From Flavobacteriales bacterium UBA1958 (GTDB lineage Bacteria > Bacteroidota > Bacteroidia > Flavobacteriales_D > Sanyastnellaceae), in contig DDEI01000053.1 of NCBI GenBank assembly GCA_002336675.1, positions 2,459 to 63,126 of the forward strand: DNA of 60,668 bases, read 5' to 3'. A model generated the notes under the pieces. The model saw only the letters and a program-made list of their open reading frames with translations, was not told the DNA's origin and ran no database searches. Below are positions 46,000 through 54,342 of the stretch, piece after piece (positions within the stretch are counted from its first letter, which is position 1; each line of letters begins with the position of its first letter). The position numbers and the translations under genes are program-made.

Positions 46000-46425
46000 A
46001 TGGAAGAAACAAATTTACAAGCTACTTATGACGAGAATGGGGAAACGATAAGCCCTCAATTATCTGAAGAAATAAAGAATTATCTGATCGATATTGACGG
46101 AACGGTTACAGAGGATGTCCCCAATGAAGAGCCAGAAAGAATGGTGACTTGTGAGCCTTTTCCAGATGCTTTAGGAATACTAAATAAATGGTATAATGAA
46201 GGACATATAATTACTTTTTTCACTTCAAGAACTGAAGAAAATCGTGATGTAACAGAATCATGGTTGGAGAAACATGGATTTAAATATCATGGGTTGCTTA
46301 TGAACAAGCCAAGAGGAGGGAATTACCACTGGATAGATAATCATATAGTAAGAGCTACTAGATTTCATGGGAAGTTCACTGATTTGATTAAAAAAGAGAA
46401 AACTATAGAGGTATTTAAAAGGTAG
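46000..46425 (+). CDS. Small HAD-superfamily-like hydrolase
   Basis: 141 aa with a DxDGT motif (LIDIDGTVTED) and a downstream FFTSRTE motif-II-like segment. Confidence 0.5.
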   Translation: MEETNLQATYDENGETISPQLSEEIKNYLIDIDGTVTEDVPNEEPERMVTCEPFPDALGILNKWYNEGHIITFFTSRTEENRDVTESWLEKHGFKYHGLLMNKPRGGNYHWIDNHIVRATRFHGKFTDLIKKEKTIEVFKR

Positions 46426-46842
46426 TTAAATACCCATTCGTTCCATATAACGCTGAAGAATTATAGTAGCAGATATTTTATCGACTAATTTTTTATCCCT
46501 TCTTTTCATTTTAGGCACACCTGCTTGAATCATAGCTTGCATAGACTCCCTAGAGGTGAAAGATTCATCCTCTCTCTCGATTCTAATTTCAGGATACTTT
46601 TTCTCTAAGGATCGAGCAAACTCATTGCTCGGTTTAGTATTATGAGTTTCAGACCCATCGTAGTTGCTCATTTGTCCTACTATAATGGCTTCTACCTTAT
46701 TTTTAGTTACATATTCTTTTATGAAATCATATAGCTCTTTAGTATCTAAAGCGGTTAGTCCGCTAGCTATTATTTGTAACTCATCTGTCACGGCTATCCC
46801 TGTTCTTTTACTTCCGTAGTCTATGGCTAATAATTTTGGCAT
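46426..46842 (-). CDS. ruvX: Holliday junction resolvase-like nuclease RuvX (YqgF)
   Basis: MPKLLAIDYGSKRTGIAVTD is the canonical YqgF N-terminus, so I prefer the ATG at 46842 over the track start 46884. Confidence 0.85.
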   Translation of the reverse strand: MPKLLAIDYGSKRTGIAVTDELQIIASGLTALDTKELYDFIKEYVTKNKVEAIIVGQMSNYDGSETHNTKPSNEFARSLEKKYPEIRIEREDESFTSRESMQAMIQAGVPKMKRRDKKLVDKISATIILQRYMERMGI

Positions 46843-46861
46843 GTTATTCTTATTGGAAAAG

Positions 46862-46869
46862 TATATTTG
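46862..46869 (+). promoter_or_regulatory. -7 promoter box (TAnnTTTG) upstream of dapD
   Basis: TATATTTG lies 33 nt before the ATG at 46902. Confidence 0.4.
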
Positions 46870-46901
46870 TGGGTTGCAACGCAAATTAAACCATAATCGT
46901 A

Positions 46902-47717
46902 ATGGACAGCAGAAAAGAAATTATAAATAAGGCTTGGAAGAATAGAGAGCTTATTAAAAATGAAGAAGTAAAGGGGACTATACTAGAGGTCATAAACGAC
47001 TTAGATCTAGGGAAGATAAGAGTAGCAGAGCCAGATGGAGATGATTGGAAAGTGAACGAATGGGTAAAGAAAGCTGTAGTTCTTTACTTTCCAATAGCCG
47101 AAATGAAAACGATAGAAGTAGGACCTTTTGAGTTTCATGATAAAATTCCACTGAAGAAAAACTATGCTGAGTTAGGCGTAAGGGTAGTTCCACATGCTAT
47201 AGCTAGATACGGATCTTTTTTAGAAGCCGGAGTAATCATGATGCCTAGTTATGTCAATATAGGTGCCTATGTAGAGTCGGGAACGATGGTGGATACATGG
47301 GCTACTGTAGGTTCATGTGCGCAAATAGGGAAGAATGTACATCTTAGTGGTGGAGTGGGAATAGGAGGGGTGTTAGAGCCTCTACAGGCTGCACCAGTAA
47401 TCATAGAAGATGGGGCGTTTATAGGGAGCAGAAGTATAGTTGTAGAAGGTGTAAGAATAAGAAGAGGGGCTGTATTAGGAGCTAATGTGGTATTAACCAA
47501 GAGCACTCGGATTATAGATGTAACTGGTGAAAAACCGGTTATTTATAGAGGGGAAGTTCCTGAGCGTTCGGTAGTGATTCCGGGTAGCTATGCCAAAGAC
47601 TTTCCTTCAGGCGCTTACAATGTTCCTGCAGCGCTTATCATAGGACAGAGAAAAGAGAGTACAGATTTGAAAACCTCTTTAAATGATGCGTTGAGAGAAT
47701 TTAATTTAGCGGTATAG
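46902..47717 (+). CDS. dapD: 2,3,4,5-tetrahydropyridine-2,6-dicarboxylate N-succinyltransferase
   Basis: 271 aa. Left-handed beta-helix hexapeptide repeats (GAYVESGTMVDTWATVGSCAQIGKNVHLSGGVGIGGVLEP...). The size and N-terminus fit DapD. Confidence 0.9.
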   Translation: MDSRKEIINKAWKNRELIKNEEVKGTILEVINDLDLGKIRVAEPDGDDWKVNEWVKKAVVLYFPIAEMKTIEVGPFEFHDKIPLKKNYAELGVRVVPHAIARYGSFLEAGVIMMPSYVNIGAYVESGTMVDTWATVGSCAQIGKNVHLSGGVGIGGVLEPLQAAPVIIEDGAFIGSRSIVVEGVRIRRGAVLGANVVLTKSTRIIDVTGEKPVIYRGEVPERSVVIPGSYAKDFPSGAYNVPAALIIGQRKESTDLKTSLNDALREFNLAV

Positions 47718-47761
47718 GGATGTAAATTTATTCGATTAGTCATCGTCTTTTTACAAGAAAT

Positions 47762-47798
47762 AAAAAAGTCCAGGAAGCTTGATTCACTGGACTTTTTG
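47762..47798. terminator. Bidirectional terminator between the convergent dapD and mdh
   Basis: A 7-bp stem, agtccag/ctggact (47767-47773 and 47787-47793), flanked by an A-run upstream and a T-run downstream. Confidence 0.55.
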
Positions 47799-47829
47799 TT
47801 ACGTGTAATATTATATGAGAGAAGTCTTC

Positions 47830-48768
47830 TTAAGCGAGAAGTGCATTTGTTTTTTTAACACCTTCAGCAGATTCTAAAAGATGTGCTTTTTCACCATCAG
47901 AAAGTTTGATCTCTACAATCTTCTCAATACCATTAGCTCCTAAAATCACAGGAACTCCGATGCATAATCCAGAAAGACCATATTCCCCTTCCAACAAAAC
48001 TGAACAAGGGAACATTTTCTTCTGATCACAAGCGATAGCCTGAACCAATCCAGAAACAGCTGCTCCTGGAGCATACCATGCAGAAGTTCCCAATAACTTG
48101 GTTAAGATAGCGCCACCTACTTTAGTCTCTTCTTTTACTTGATTAAGTCTCTCGTCTGAAATAAACTCAGAGACTTTAATACTATTTCTAGTAGCATGAG
48201 CTGTCAACGGAACCATTCCTTTATCAGAATGGCCACCTATAACCATACCATCTATATCTGAAATAGGACATTCCAATGCCTCAGCTAAACGGTACTTGAA
48301 TCGAGCAGAATCTAAAGCTCCACCCATTCCTATAATTCTATTTTTAGGTAAATCTGTTACTTGATGAGCTAAGTAAGTCATAGTATCCATAGGGTTTGAT
48401 ACCACTATGATTATTGTGTTTGGTGAATGCTTAATTAAGCTTTCACAAACAGCTTTCACTATTCCAGCATTAATTCCTATAAGCTCCTCTCTAGTCATAC
48501 CTGGTTTTCTAGGGATTCCAGAAGTAATAACACAAATGTCAGAATCTGCTGTTTTTGTATAATCATTAGTAGAACCTACTATTCTAGTATCAAAACTGTT
48601 TAATGAAGCCGTTTGCATAAGGTCCATAGCTTTCCCTTCTGCAAAACCTTCTTTGATATCAAGAAGAACCACTTCTGATGCGAAATTTTTGATAGCAATA
48701 TATTCAGCGCAACTAGCGCCTACTGCTCCAGCACCTACTACTGTTACTTTTGTTTTATTGGATGACAT
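47830..48768 (-). CDS. mdh: Malate dehydrogenase (LDH-like family)
   Basis: 312 aa with VTVVGAGAVGASCA NAD motif, GIPRKPGMTREEL and GGHSD. Confidence 0.95.
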   Translation of the reverse strand: MSSNKTKVTVVGAGAVGASCAEYIAIKNFASEVVLLDIKEGFAEGKAMDLMQTASLNSFDTRIVGSTNDYTKTADSDICVITSGIPRKPGMTREELIGINAGIVKAVCESLIKHSPNTIIIVVSNPMDTMTYLAHQVTDLPKNRIIGMGGALDSARFKYRLAEALECPISDIDGMVIGGHSDKGMVPLTAHATRNSIKVSEFISDERLNQVKEETKVGGAILTKLLGTSAWYAPGAAVSGLVQAIACDQKKMFPCSVLLEGEYGLSGLCIGVPVILGANGIEKIVEIKLSDGEKAHLLESAEGVKKTNALLA

Positions 48769-48802
48769 GTGTGTAATCTGTTTTGTTTTCTTTAATTATC
48801 TG

Positions 48803-48810
48803 CAAATTTA
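48803..48810 (-). promoter_or_regulatory. -7 promoter box (TAnnTTTG, minus strand) upstream of mdh
   Basis: The minus strand reads TAAATTTG, 34 nt before the ATG at 48768. Confidence 0.4.
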
Positions 48811-48923
48811 CGCTTTGCAATGCATATTACATAACCCAAAAAAGGTTCTTAATTCAAGAGAAATTAACAATCTCAGAGCGCTTATTTTTTTAACTTAAGC
48901 TATTAACGGCACTATAATTGTTT

Positions 48924-48931
48924 TAGCTTTG
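48924..48931 (+). promoter_or_regulatory. -7 promoter box (TAnnTTTG) upstream of the MORN-repeat gene
   Basis: TAGCTTTG lies 18 nt before the ATG at 48950. Confidence 0.4.
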
Positions 48932-48949
48932 ACTCTTTAGAATTTTACA

Positions 48950-49981
48950 ATGAAATACACCACATTATTACTCTTGTTTCTGCCTCTCACACTAAAAGTT
49001 ATCTCGGTTAACGGACAGTCCGATTCCATACCTTCAGGCATTTATGGAGCAGACTATAATGTTACAGATAATGCTGGAAAGAAACAGGGTCGGTGGATGA
49101 GACTCTATGAGGAAGGAGAGGTCTATTATATCGGACAGTTTAAAAATAGTACTCCGGTAGGTGAGTTCGTTTATTATTATCAAGGTGGAGAGGTGATGAC
49201 TATTGCTACGCATATAGACAACTTTACTTCTGATGCCATATCATATAGAAAAAATGGTTCTGTAGTTTCAGTAGGCTCATATAAAATCCAGAAAAAATCA
49301 GGCTTATGGATGATTTATGATGAAAATGAAGTTTTAGCTGCTGAAGAAAATTATGCCGATGGCGTTTTGGATGGACAAAGTAAAATTTACTATAAAAATG
49401 GCCAGCTAGCTAAGAGTATGGCATATACCAAAGCTGAATTAAACGGACCATGGAAGGAGTTTTTTGAGAATGGTTCTCTAAAAGGTGAAGGAACTTATGT
49501 TTACGGAAAGCAACACGGTAAAATTGTAGCTTACCAAGCACCTCGGATTAAAATTTATGAAGGCGAGCTGAAAAATGACTTAGCTATCGGAGAATGGAGG
49601 TATTATTTAAATGATGGGAGGTTAAAGTTAAAGGTACTTTACGATGATTTAGGAGCAGAAGTTAGGAGAAAGTTTGAAAACGGAGAAATTGAAGAATTTT
49701 ATGAGTCAGGTATCCCCAAGTCTTACTATGAATATAAACATGGAAAAATCCATGGTCCTTTTGAGGAATTCTATAACCGAGGTGATTTTGTGAGGAGAGA
49801 AATTATTCCTACTGAATCAGGCCAAGCTATAGAGTTTAAAGAGTCTTTAGAAAACACTCAGTTAAAAAAGGTAGGAGAATACAGAATGGGAAGGTTAGAG
49901 GGAGAGATCATCTATTACAATGAAGACGGGACCATTCTTAAAAAAGAGTTCTACATAGATGGCCTTATAACAGAGCGATAG
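48950..49981 (+). CDS. Secreted MORN-repeat-variant protein (family often auto-annotated as 'YwqK antitoxin')
   Basis: 343 aa with a signal peptide. Many repeats of the G..G.W..YY.NG...EG.Y..G..HG type. Confidence 0.65.
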   Translation: MKYTTLLLLFLPLTLKVISVNGQSDSIPSGIYGADYNVTDNAGKKQGRWMRLYEEGEVYYIGQFKNSTPVGEFVYYYQGGEVMTIATHIDNFTSDAISYRKNGSVVSVGSYKIQKKSGLWMIYDENEVLAAEENYADGVLDGQSKIYYKNGQLAKSMAYTKAELNGPWKEFFENGSLKGEGTYVYGKQHGKIVAYQAPRIKIYEGELKNDLAIGEWRYYLNDGRLKLKVLYDDLGAEVRRKFENGEIEEFYESGIPKSYYEYKHGKIHGPFEEFYNRGDFVRREIIPTESGQAIEFKESLENTQLKKVGEYRMGRLEGEIIYYNEDGTILKKEFYIDGLITER

Positions 49982-50037
49982 TCATTTTACAGTATGGGGT
50001 TTGGTATGTTAGGGCTGTATTAGTAATGTAATACCGT

Positions 50038-50045
50038 TACTTTTG
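50038..50045 (+). promoter_or_regulatory. -7 promoter box (TAnnTTTG) upstream of the S8 peptidase gene
   Basis: TACTTTTG ends 5 nt before the ATG at 50051. Confidence 0.4.
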
Positions 50046-50050
50046 ATGTT

Positions 50051-51703
50051 ATGCGAATTCTTGTTTTGATTGGTTTTGTTTTTGTATCGTTTTGTTCCTT
50101 TTCACAGACAGCCCCACTTAAATATTGGGTGCAGTTTACAGATAAGGAGAACTCGCCATATACTATCTCTAATCCCTCGGAGTATCTCTCTGAGTCAGCC
50201 ATTTCGTTAAGAATGAAAAATGGAATAGCTATAGATCAAACAGATTTACCGGTAAACCCATTTTATGTTGAGACTCTTAACTCTCTGGAAGGTGTAATTA
50301 TAAAACATAACTCTAAGTGGTTTAATGCTGTTACCATTCAGATAGAGGATTCATCTTATTTAGAGACTGTGTTACCCTTGATTTTCGCACTTGATAATGT
50401 TCGGCAAGTTAAATCAGTACAAACCGTAATAAATGAGAAATTAGTCGTTAAGCGTACGGTTACTGATAAGAGTTTATCAGAGAGTATTTCCACTATTTAT
50501 GGGCCATCCTATGCACAGATAGCTATTCATAATGGACACCTTTTGCACGAAATAGGACTGAGAGGAAATGGAATTAAAGTTGGAGTATTTGATTCTGGTT
50601 TCTTAGGAGTTAATTATTTAGGTGCCTTTTCTAAATTAAGAGATGAAGAACGACTTAAGTTTCAGTATGACATAGTAGATGACGATAACAGTGTTCTAAA
50701 TGGAGGGAACCACGGAAAATCAGTTTTAAGTATAATGACAGCTTTCATGCCTGATTCCATTATAGGTTCTGCTCCAGAGGCAGACTATTATTTATTTAGA
50801 ACAGAAGATGGATCTAGTGAGCATATTACAGAGGAAGATAACTGGGTTAGAGCTGCAGAAATGGCGGATTCTATAGGGATTCAAGTGGTAAACTCTTCTT
50901 TGGGCTACACTACATTTCAATTAGAGGAGAATAGTCATTCTTATGAAGATATGGATGGAAACATGACTAGAATTTCTCAAGCGGCAGATATAGCAGCTTC
51001 TAAAGGAATGCTCATTGTGAATAGTGCAGGAAATAGCGGTGATGACTCATGGTATTATATAGGAGCTCCAGCTGATGCTGATAGTATTTTAGCAGTAGGA
51101 GCAGTTACGGATAAGGGAGAGTATGCGTGGTTTAGCAGCAGAGGGCCAAGTTTTGATGGAGATGTAAAGCCCAATGTATGTGGGGTAGGTTACCAAACCG
51201 TTTATGCAGATTTAACTGAAGGTATAAAAAGAGGAAATGGAACTAGCTTTAGTTCTCCTATTATCGCGGGTTTAGCGGCATGTTTATGGCAGGCTTTTCC
51301 TGATAAATCTAATATGGAAATAAAAAGAGCCATAGAGTCTAGTTCTCATTTATTAAATGCCCCTAATGATTCTTTAGGATATGGCATTCCAGACTTTTTT
51401 AGAGCTTACGAGAGCCTATCGGCTAATAAAACCTTGTCTAATTCTGGTATTTTGATTTATCCTAATCCATTCTACGAGTGTCTAAATATTCTAGTTGGAA
51501 ATTCTGAAGTAAATGGATTGAAGTTATATGATACTAGTGCTAAATTAGTTTATGCAACTAATTGGCTAGTAATAGGAGATAATGCCGCAGCTTTAGCACT
51601 TTCTGATGAACTATCTCATCTGTCTCCAGGGACATATTATCTAAATTTATTAAATGATTCTAGAGTTCTTAAATCTGAGAAAATTGTTAAACTGCCCAAT
51701 TAA
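50051..51703 (+). CDS. S8 (subtilisin-family) serine peptidase with a T9SS type-A C-terminal sorting domain
   Basis: 550 aa with a signal peptide. Triad contexts VGVFDSGF, GGNHGKSVLS and GNGTSFSSPIIAG. C-terminal IYPNPFYECLNI...GTYYLNLL CTD. Confidence 0.85.
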   Translation: MRILVLIGFVFVSFCSFSQTAPLKYWVQFTDKENSPYTISNPSEYLSESAISLRMKNGIAIDQTDLPVNPFYVETLNSLEGVIIKHNSKWFNAVTIQIEDSSYLETVLPLIFALDNVRQVKSVQTVINEKLVVKRTVTDKSLSESISTIYGPSYAQIAIHNGHLLHEIGLRGNGIKVGVFDSGFLGVNYLGAFSKLRDEERLKFQYDIVDDDNSVLNGGNHGKSVLSIMTAFMPDSIIGSAPEADYYLFRTEDGSSEHITEEDNWVRAAEMADSIGIQVVNSSLGYTTFQLEENSHSYEDMDGNMTRISQAADIAASKGMLIVNSAGNSGDDSWYYIGAPADADSILAVGAVTDKGEYAWFSSRGPSFDGDVKPNVCGVGYQTVYADLTEGIKRGNGTSFSSPIIAGLAACLWQAFPDKSNMEIKRAIESSSHLLNAPNDSLGYGIPDFFRAYESLSANKTLSNSGILIYPNPFYECLNILVGNSEVNGLKLYDTSAKLVYATNWLVIGDNAAALALSDELSHLSPGTYYLNLLNDSRVLKSEKIVKLPN

Positions 51704-54321
51704 TTTTTAATTATCTTTTTAGTAAATATCTCCTGATTCTTTTTAATTTGAGCAAAGTAGACTCCAGAACTCAATTCAGTTAAGTCTAGAGAATTTATGC
51801 TCGTTGGGAACTCTTTTTCACTCATTAGCTCTTCTCCCTGTGCTGAGTAAATACTGATAGTGAGGTTGGAGTGTCTACTTTTTATGTGTAATAATGATGT
51901 GCATGGATTAGGATAGAGCTCTATGAATTCCTCAATCAGTGACTCACCAATAGAATTTATAGCTGCTACAAAGAACAATTCTGAGTATTCACAACCATTT
52001 TCATCAGAGTAAGTGATTGTATAGCTACCTGCACTTAAACTGTCTGGCTGCTGTGAGATGTTTTGTTCATTCAAAATATCTATGAGAGTGACTTCAGAAT
52101 TATTGAGAATCTCTACACTACCCATATCCGCTAATATTTGATCAGTAATCTCTAATTCTATATTTATGGTTGGAGCTAAATCTAGATAGAAGTTTAAAGG
52201 GTAAATGCATCCATTGCTATCAACAGTGGTTAGTGTGTTTGTGCCAAACGGGATAGTGCTCAAATCCTCTGTGGAATATACATAAGGTGCTGTTCCTCCG
52301 AAAGAATTTACCTGCATAGAACCGACGTCTAAACTATCGCAGGGTTTTGACAATACTTCTATTTCGGTAAATAAAGGAGCAGGTGAAAACAGTTCAACTG
52401 CAACAAGTATAGAACAGAGGTAATTATCTGTCAAATAAAGAGTTGATATTCCATCTGTTAAATCATTATATGTCGAAACTATTGGGATTCCCGAGGAGTC
52501 ATAATGTGTAATTACTGCGGAACCATCTTCAGAACCAAAACAAGAGGGGTCTTGGGTTGCTATAGAATTCAATGTAATTTCAGGTTTGAGTAATACTAAT
52601 ATGGTGTCAGAACAGATGTTTACACCTGGTTCTACTTCTAAATAGGCATAATACTCACCAGGAGTATCAATAATAATTGAGGCTGTGTTTTCCTGATTAT
52701 TCCAGATAGTATTTAGGTACTGAGTGGTACTTTCTATTTCAATTTCTTCATCTGAACAGATGTAAAGAGAATCAGCTATGTTCAAGTTTGTATCAAAAGT
52801 TTGCCCTTCTTTAAAATCATAGGTTTGAAAAGCGCTAAGGTTATAATGATTTTCGGTTAAACCAGATGTCCAATGAATGGATATACTGTCTATAGAATTT
52901 TGATTACGCATTCCTAAAATATGAGTATAACTATCTTGAGATAGGAAATTGGAACCTGCAAAAACGGTATTTACCGTGGTTTCTCCATTTATGAAATATT
53001 CATATTGAACTCCGACTCCAAAAAAATTGGAGCAAGATCCCGAAAAATTAACTTTTAACCAGTTTTTGTTATTTGCTTCATTTATATATACTTCTGTATT
53101 ATGCGGAGCCTCATTTAAAAATGTAAGGTCATAAAATCCATCTGAGTTAAAATCACCTTTTGCCACACCGTAAGATACAGCTGATTCCTGATTAAAATCA
53201 TAGGGAGACTGTGTAAATAATTCCCCATTATTTTTGAATAACCTATTATTACATCCTGTTCCGCACCCCGCACCCCCAGAAACGGCTAAGTCGATGTTTT
53301 TATCATTATCATAGTCGATAGGTGTAGCTCCCCAATTAAATATATAACTCTCAGCTCCAGAATTCGGGAACTGGTCTTCATATACTTGGTCTTCTGGATT
53401 GTACACTAATAAATGACTGCCGCTCGGCCACGTGTTTGTAAAGTAAATGTCATGATAACCGTCTGAGTTAAAATCAAATATTGTATTGGTCATTGCGTCA
53501 TGTACCAAGTTTACCCCTGCGGACTCCGAAACATCTTCAAAATAACCTAACCCAGTATTTCTATAGAGAGAGTTTTCATAAAGTCTGTCATTTATAATGT
53601 GTAAGTCTAGTAGTCCGTCTTTATCATAATCATAGAACGATGATTGAAAACTCATTTTATTTCCATCACTGATGCCATACTCACTTGCTCTTTCAGTGTA
53701 AGTGTTATCTCCATTATTTACAAAAAGTAAATTTTCAGTTCCATAATCAATGCAATCTTGTGTGTCATAAAAGTAACGATTGAGATAAATATCTAGGAGT
53801 CCATCATTGTTAATGTCTACCCAGCTGTGGCCGAAGTTATCGCAAGATTCATTTGTAAGAAGCGCACTATCTGTGATATCTACAAGCTCTAAATCCCCAA
53901 TATTTTCGAATAAGAAGAAACTACCATGGAACTCAGTTAATGATAAGTCTAAGTCTGAGTCGTTGTCAAAATCTATCCAACAAACAGATTTCACCTCGCC
54001 AAACACTCTGTCTATTAAGTCAAGTTTAATAAAAGAATCGCCAGTATTTTGAAAAAAGAATAATGTAGAGTCTACAGATGGAAGAGTTATATCATCTAGT
54101 CCATCTAAATTAAAATCCACACAACTTACTCCGGCACCATATTCGCTGTCAGCTGAAAATGAATGAATAACACCTAATTCTGCAGCGTTATTCTCGAAAT
54201 TTTGCGCTTGAATTTCCCATGGAATGACTAGAGCTAGAAGAGTACTCACAAGGAGTGATTTTATTTCTTTGAGATAGGGGAAAGGAATAGGCGAATGATG
54301 TGGTGTGATTTGGTTGGGCAT
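51700..54321 (-). CDS. FG-GAP/VCBS-repeat, ASPIC/UnbV (CRTAC1-like) protein with SprB-like Cys-containing modules and a T9SS type-A CTD
   Basis: 873 aa. Repeated D.N.DG..D motifs (DFNLDGLDD, DINNDGLLD, DYDKDGLLD, DFNSDGYHD...), a mid-region beta-sandwich, then C-terminal LYPNPCTS...GVYFAQI. Confidence 0.75.
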   Translation of the reverse strand: MPNQITPHHSPIPFPYLKEIKSLLVSTLLALVIPWEIQAQNFENNAAELGVIHSFSADSEYGAGVSCVDFNLDGLDDITLPSVDSTLFFFQNTGDSFIKLDLIDRVFGEVKSVCWIDFDNDSDLDLSLTEFHGSFFLFENIGDLELVDITDSALLTNESCDNFGHSWVDINNDGLLDIYLNRYFYDTQDCIDYGTENLLFVNNGDNTYTERASEYGISDGNKMSFQSSFYDYDKDGLLDLHIINDRLYENSLYRNTGLGYFEDVSESAGVNLVHDAMTNTIFDFNSDGYHDIYFTNTWPSGSHLLVYNPEDQVYEDQFPNSGAESYIFNWGATPIDYDNDKNIDLAVSGGAGCGTGCNNRLFKNNGELFTQSPYDFNQESAVSYGVAKGDFNSDGFYDLTFLNEAPHNTEVYINEANNKNWLKVNFSGSCSNFFGVGVQYEYFINGETTVNTVFAGSNFLSQDSYTHILGMRNQNSIDSISIHWTSGLTENHYNLSAFQTYDFKEGQTFDTNLNIADSLYICSDEEIEIESTTQYLNTIWNNQENTASIIIDTPGEYYAYLEVEPGVNICSDTILVLLKPEITLNSIATQDPSCFGSEDGSAVITHYDSSGIPIVSTYNDLTDGISTLYLTDNYLCSILVAVELFSPAPLFTEIEVLSKPCDSLDVGSMQVNSFGGTAPYVYSTEDLSTIPFGTNTLTTVDSNGCIYPLNFYLDLAPTINIELEITDQILADMGSVEILNNSEVTLIDILNEQNISQQPDSLSAGSYTITYSDENGCEYSELFFVAAINSIGESLIEEFIELYPNPCTSLLHIKSRHSNLTISIYSAQGEELMSEKEFPTSINSLDLTELSSGVYFAQIKKNQEIFTKKIIKN

Positions 54322-54342
54322 TTTTTATAAGTGGTAGATGGT

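Noticed and set aside
48950-49981. Possible toxin-antitoxin component; the MORN-variant family is often auto-named 'YwqK family antitoxin', as is the 38666-39070 protein
   Set aside because: Both proteins have N-terminal signal peptides and no adjacent toxin-like gene. They are more likely exported repeat proteins than antitoxins.
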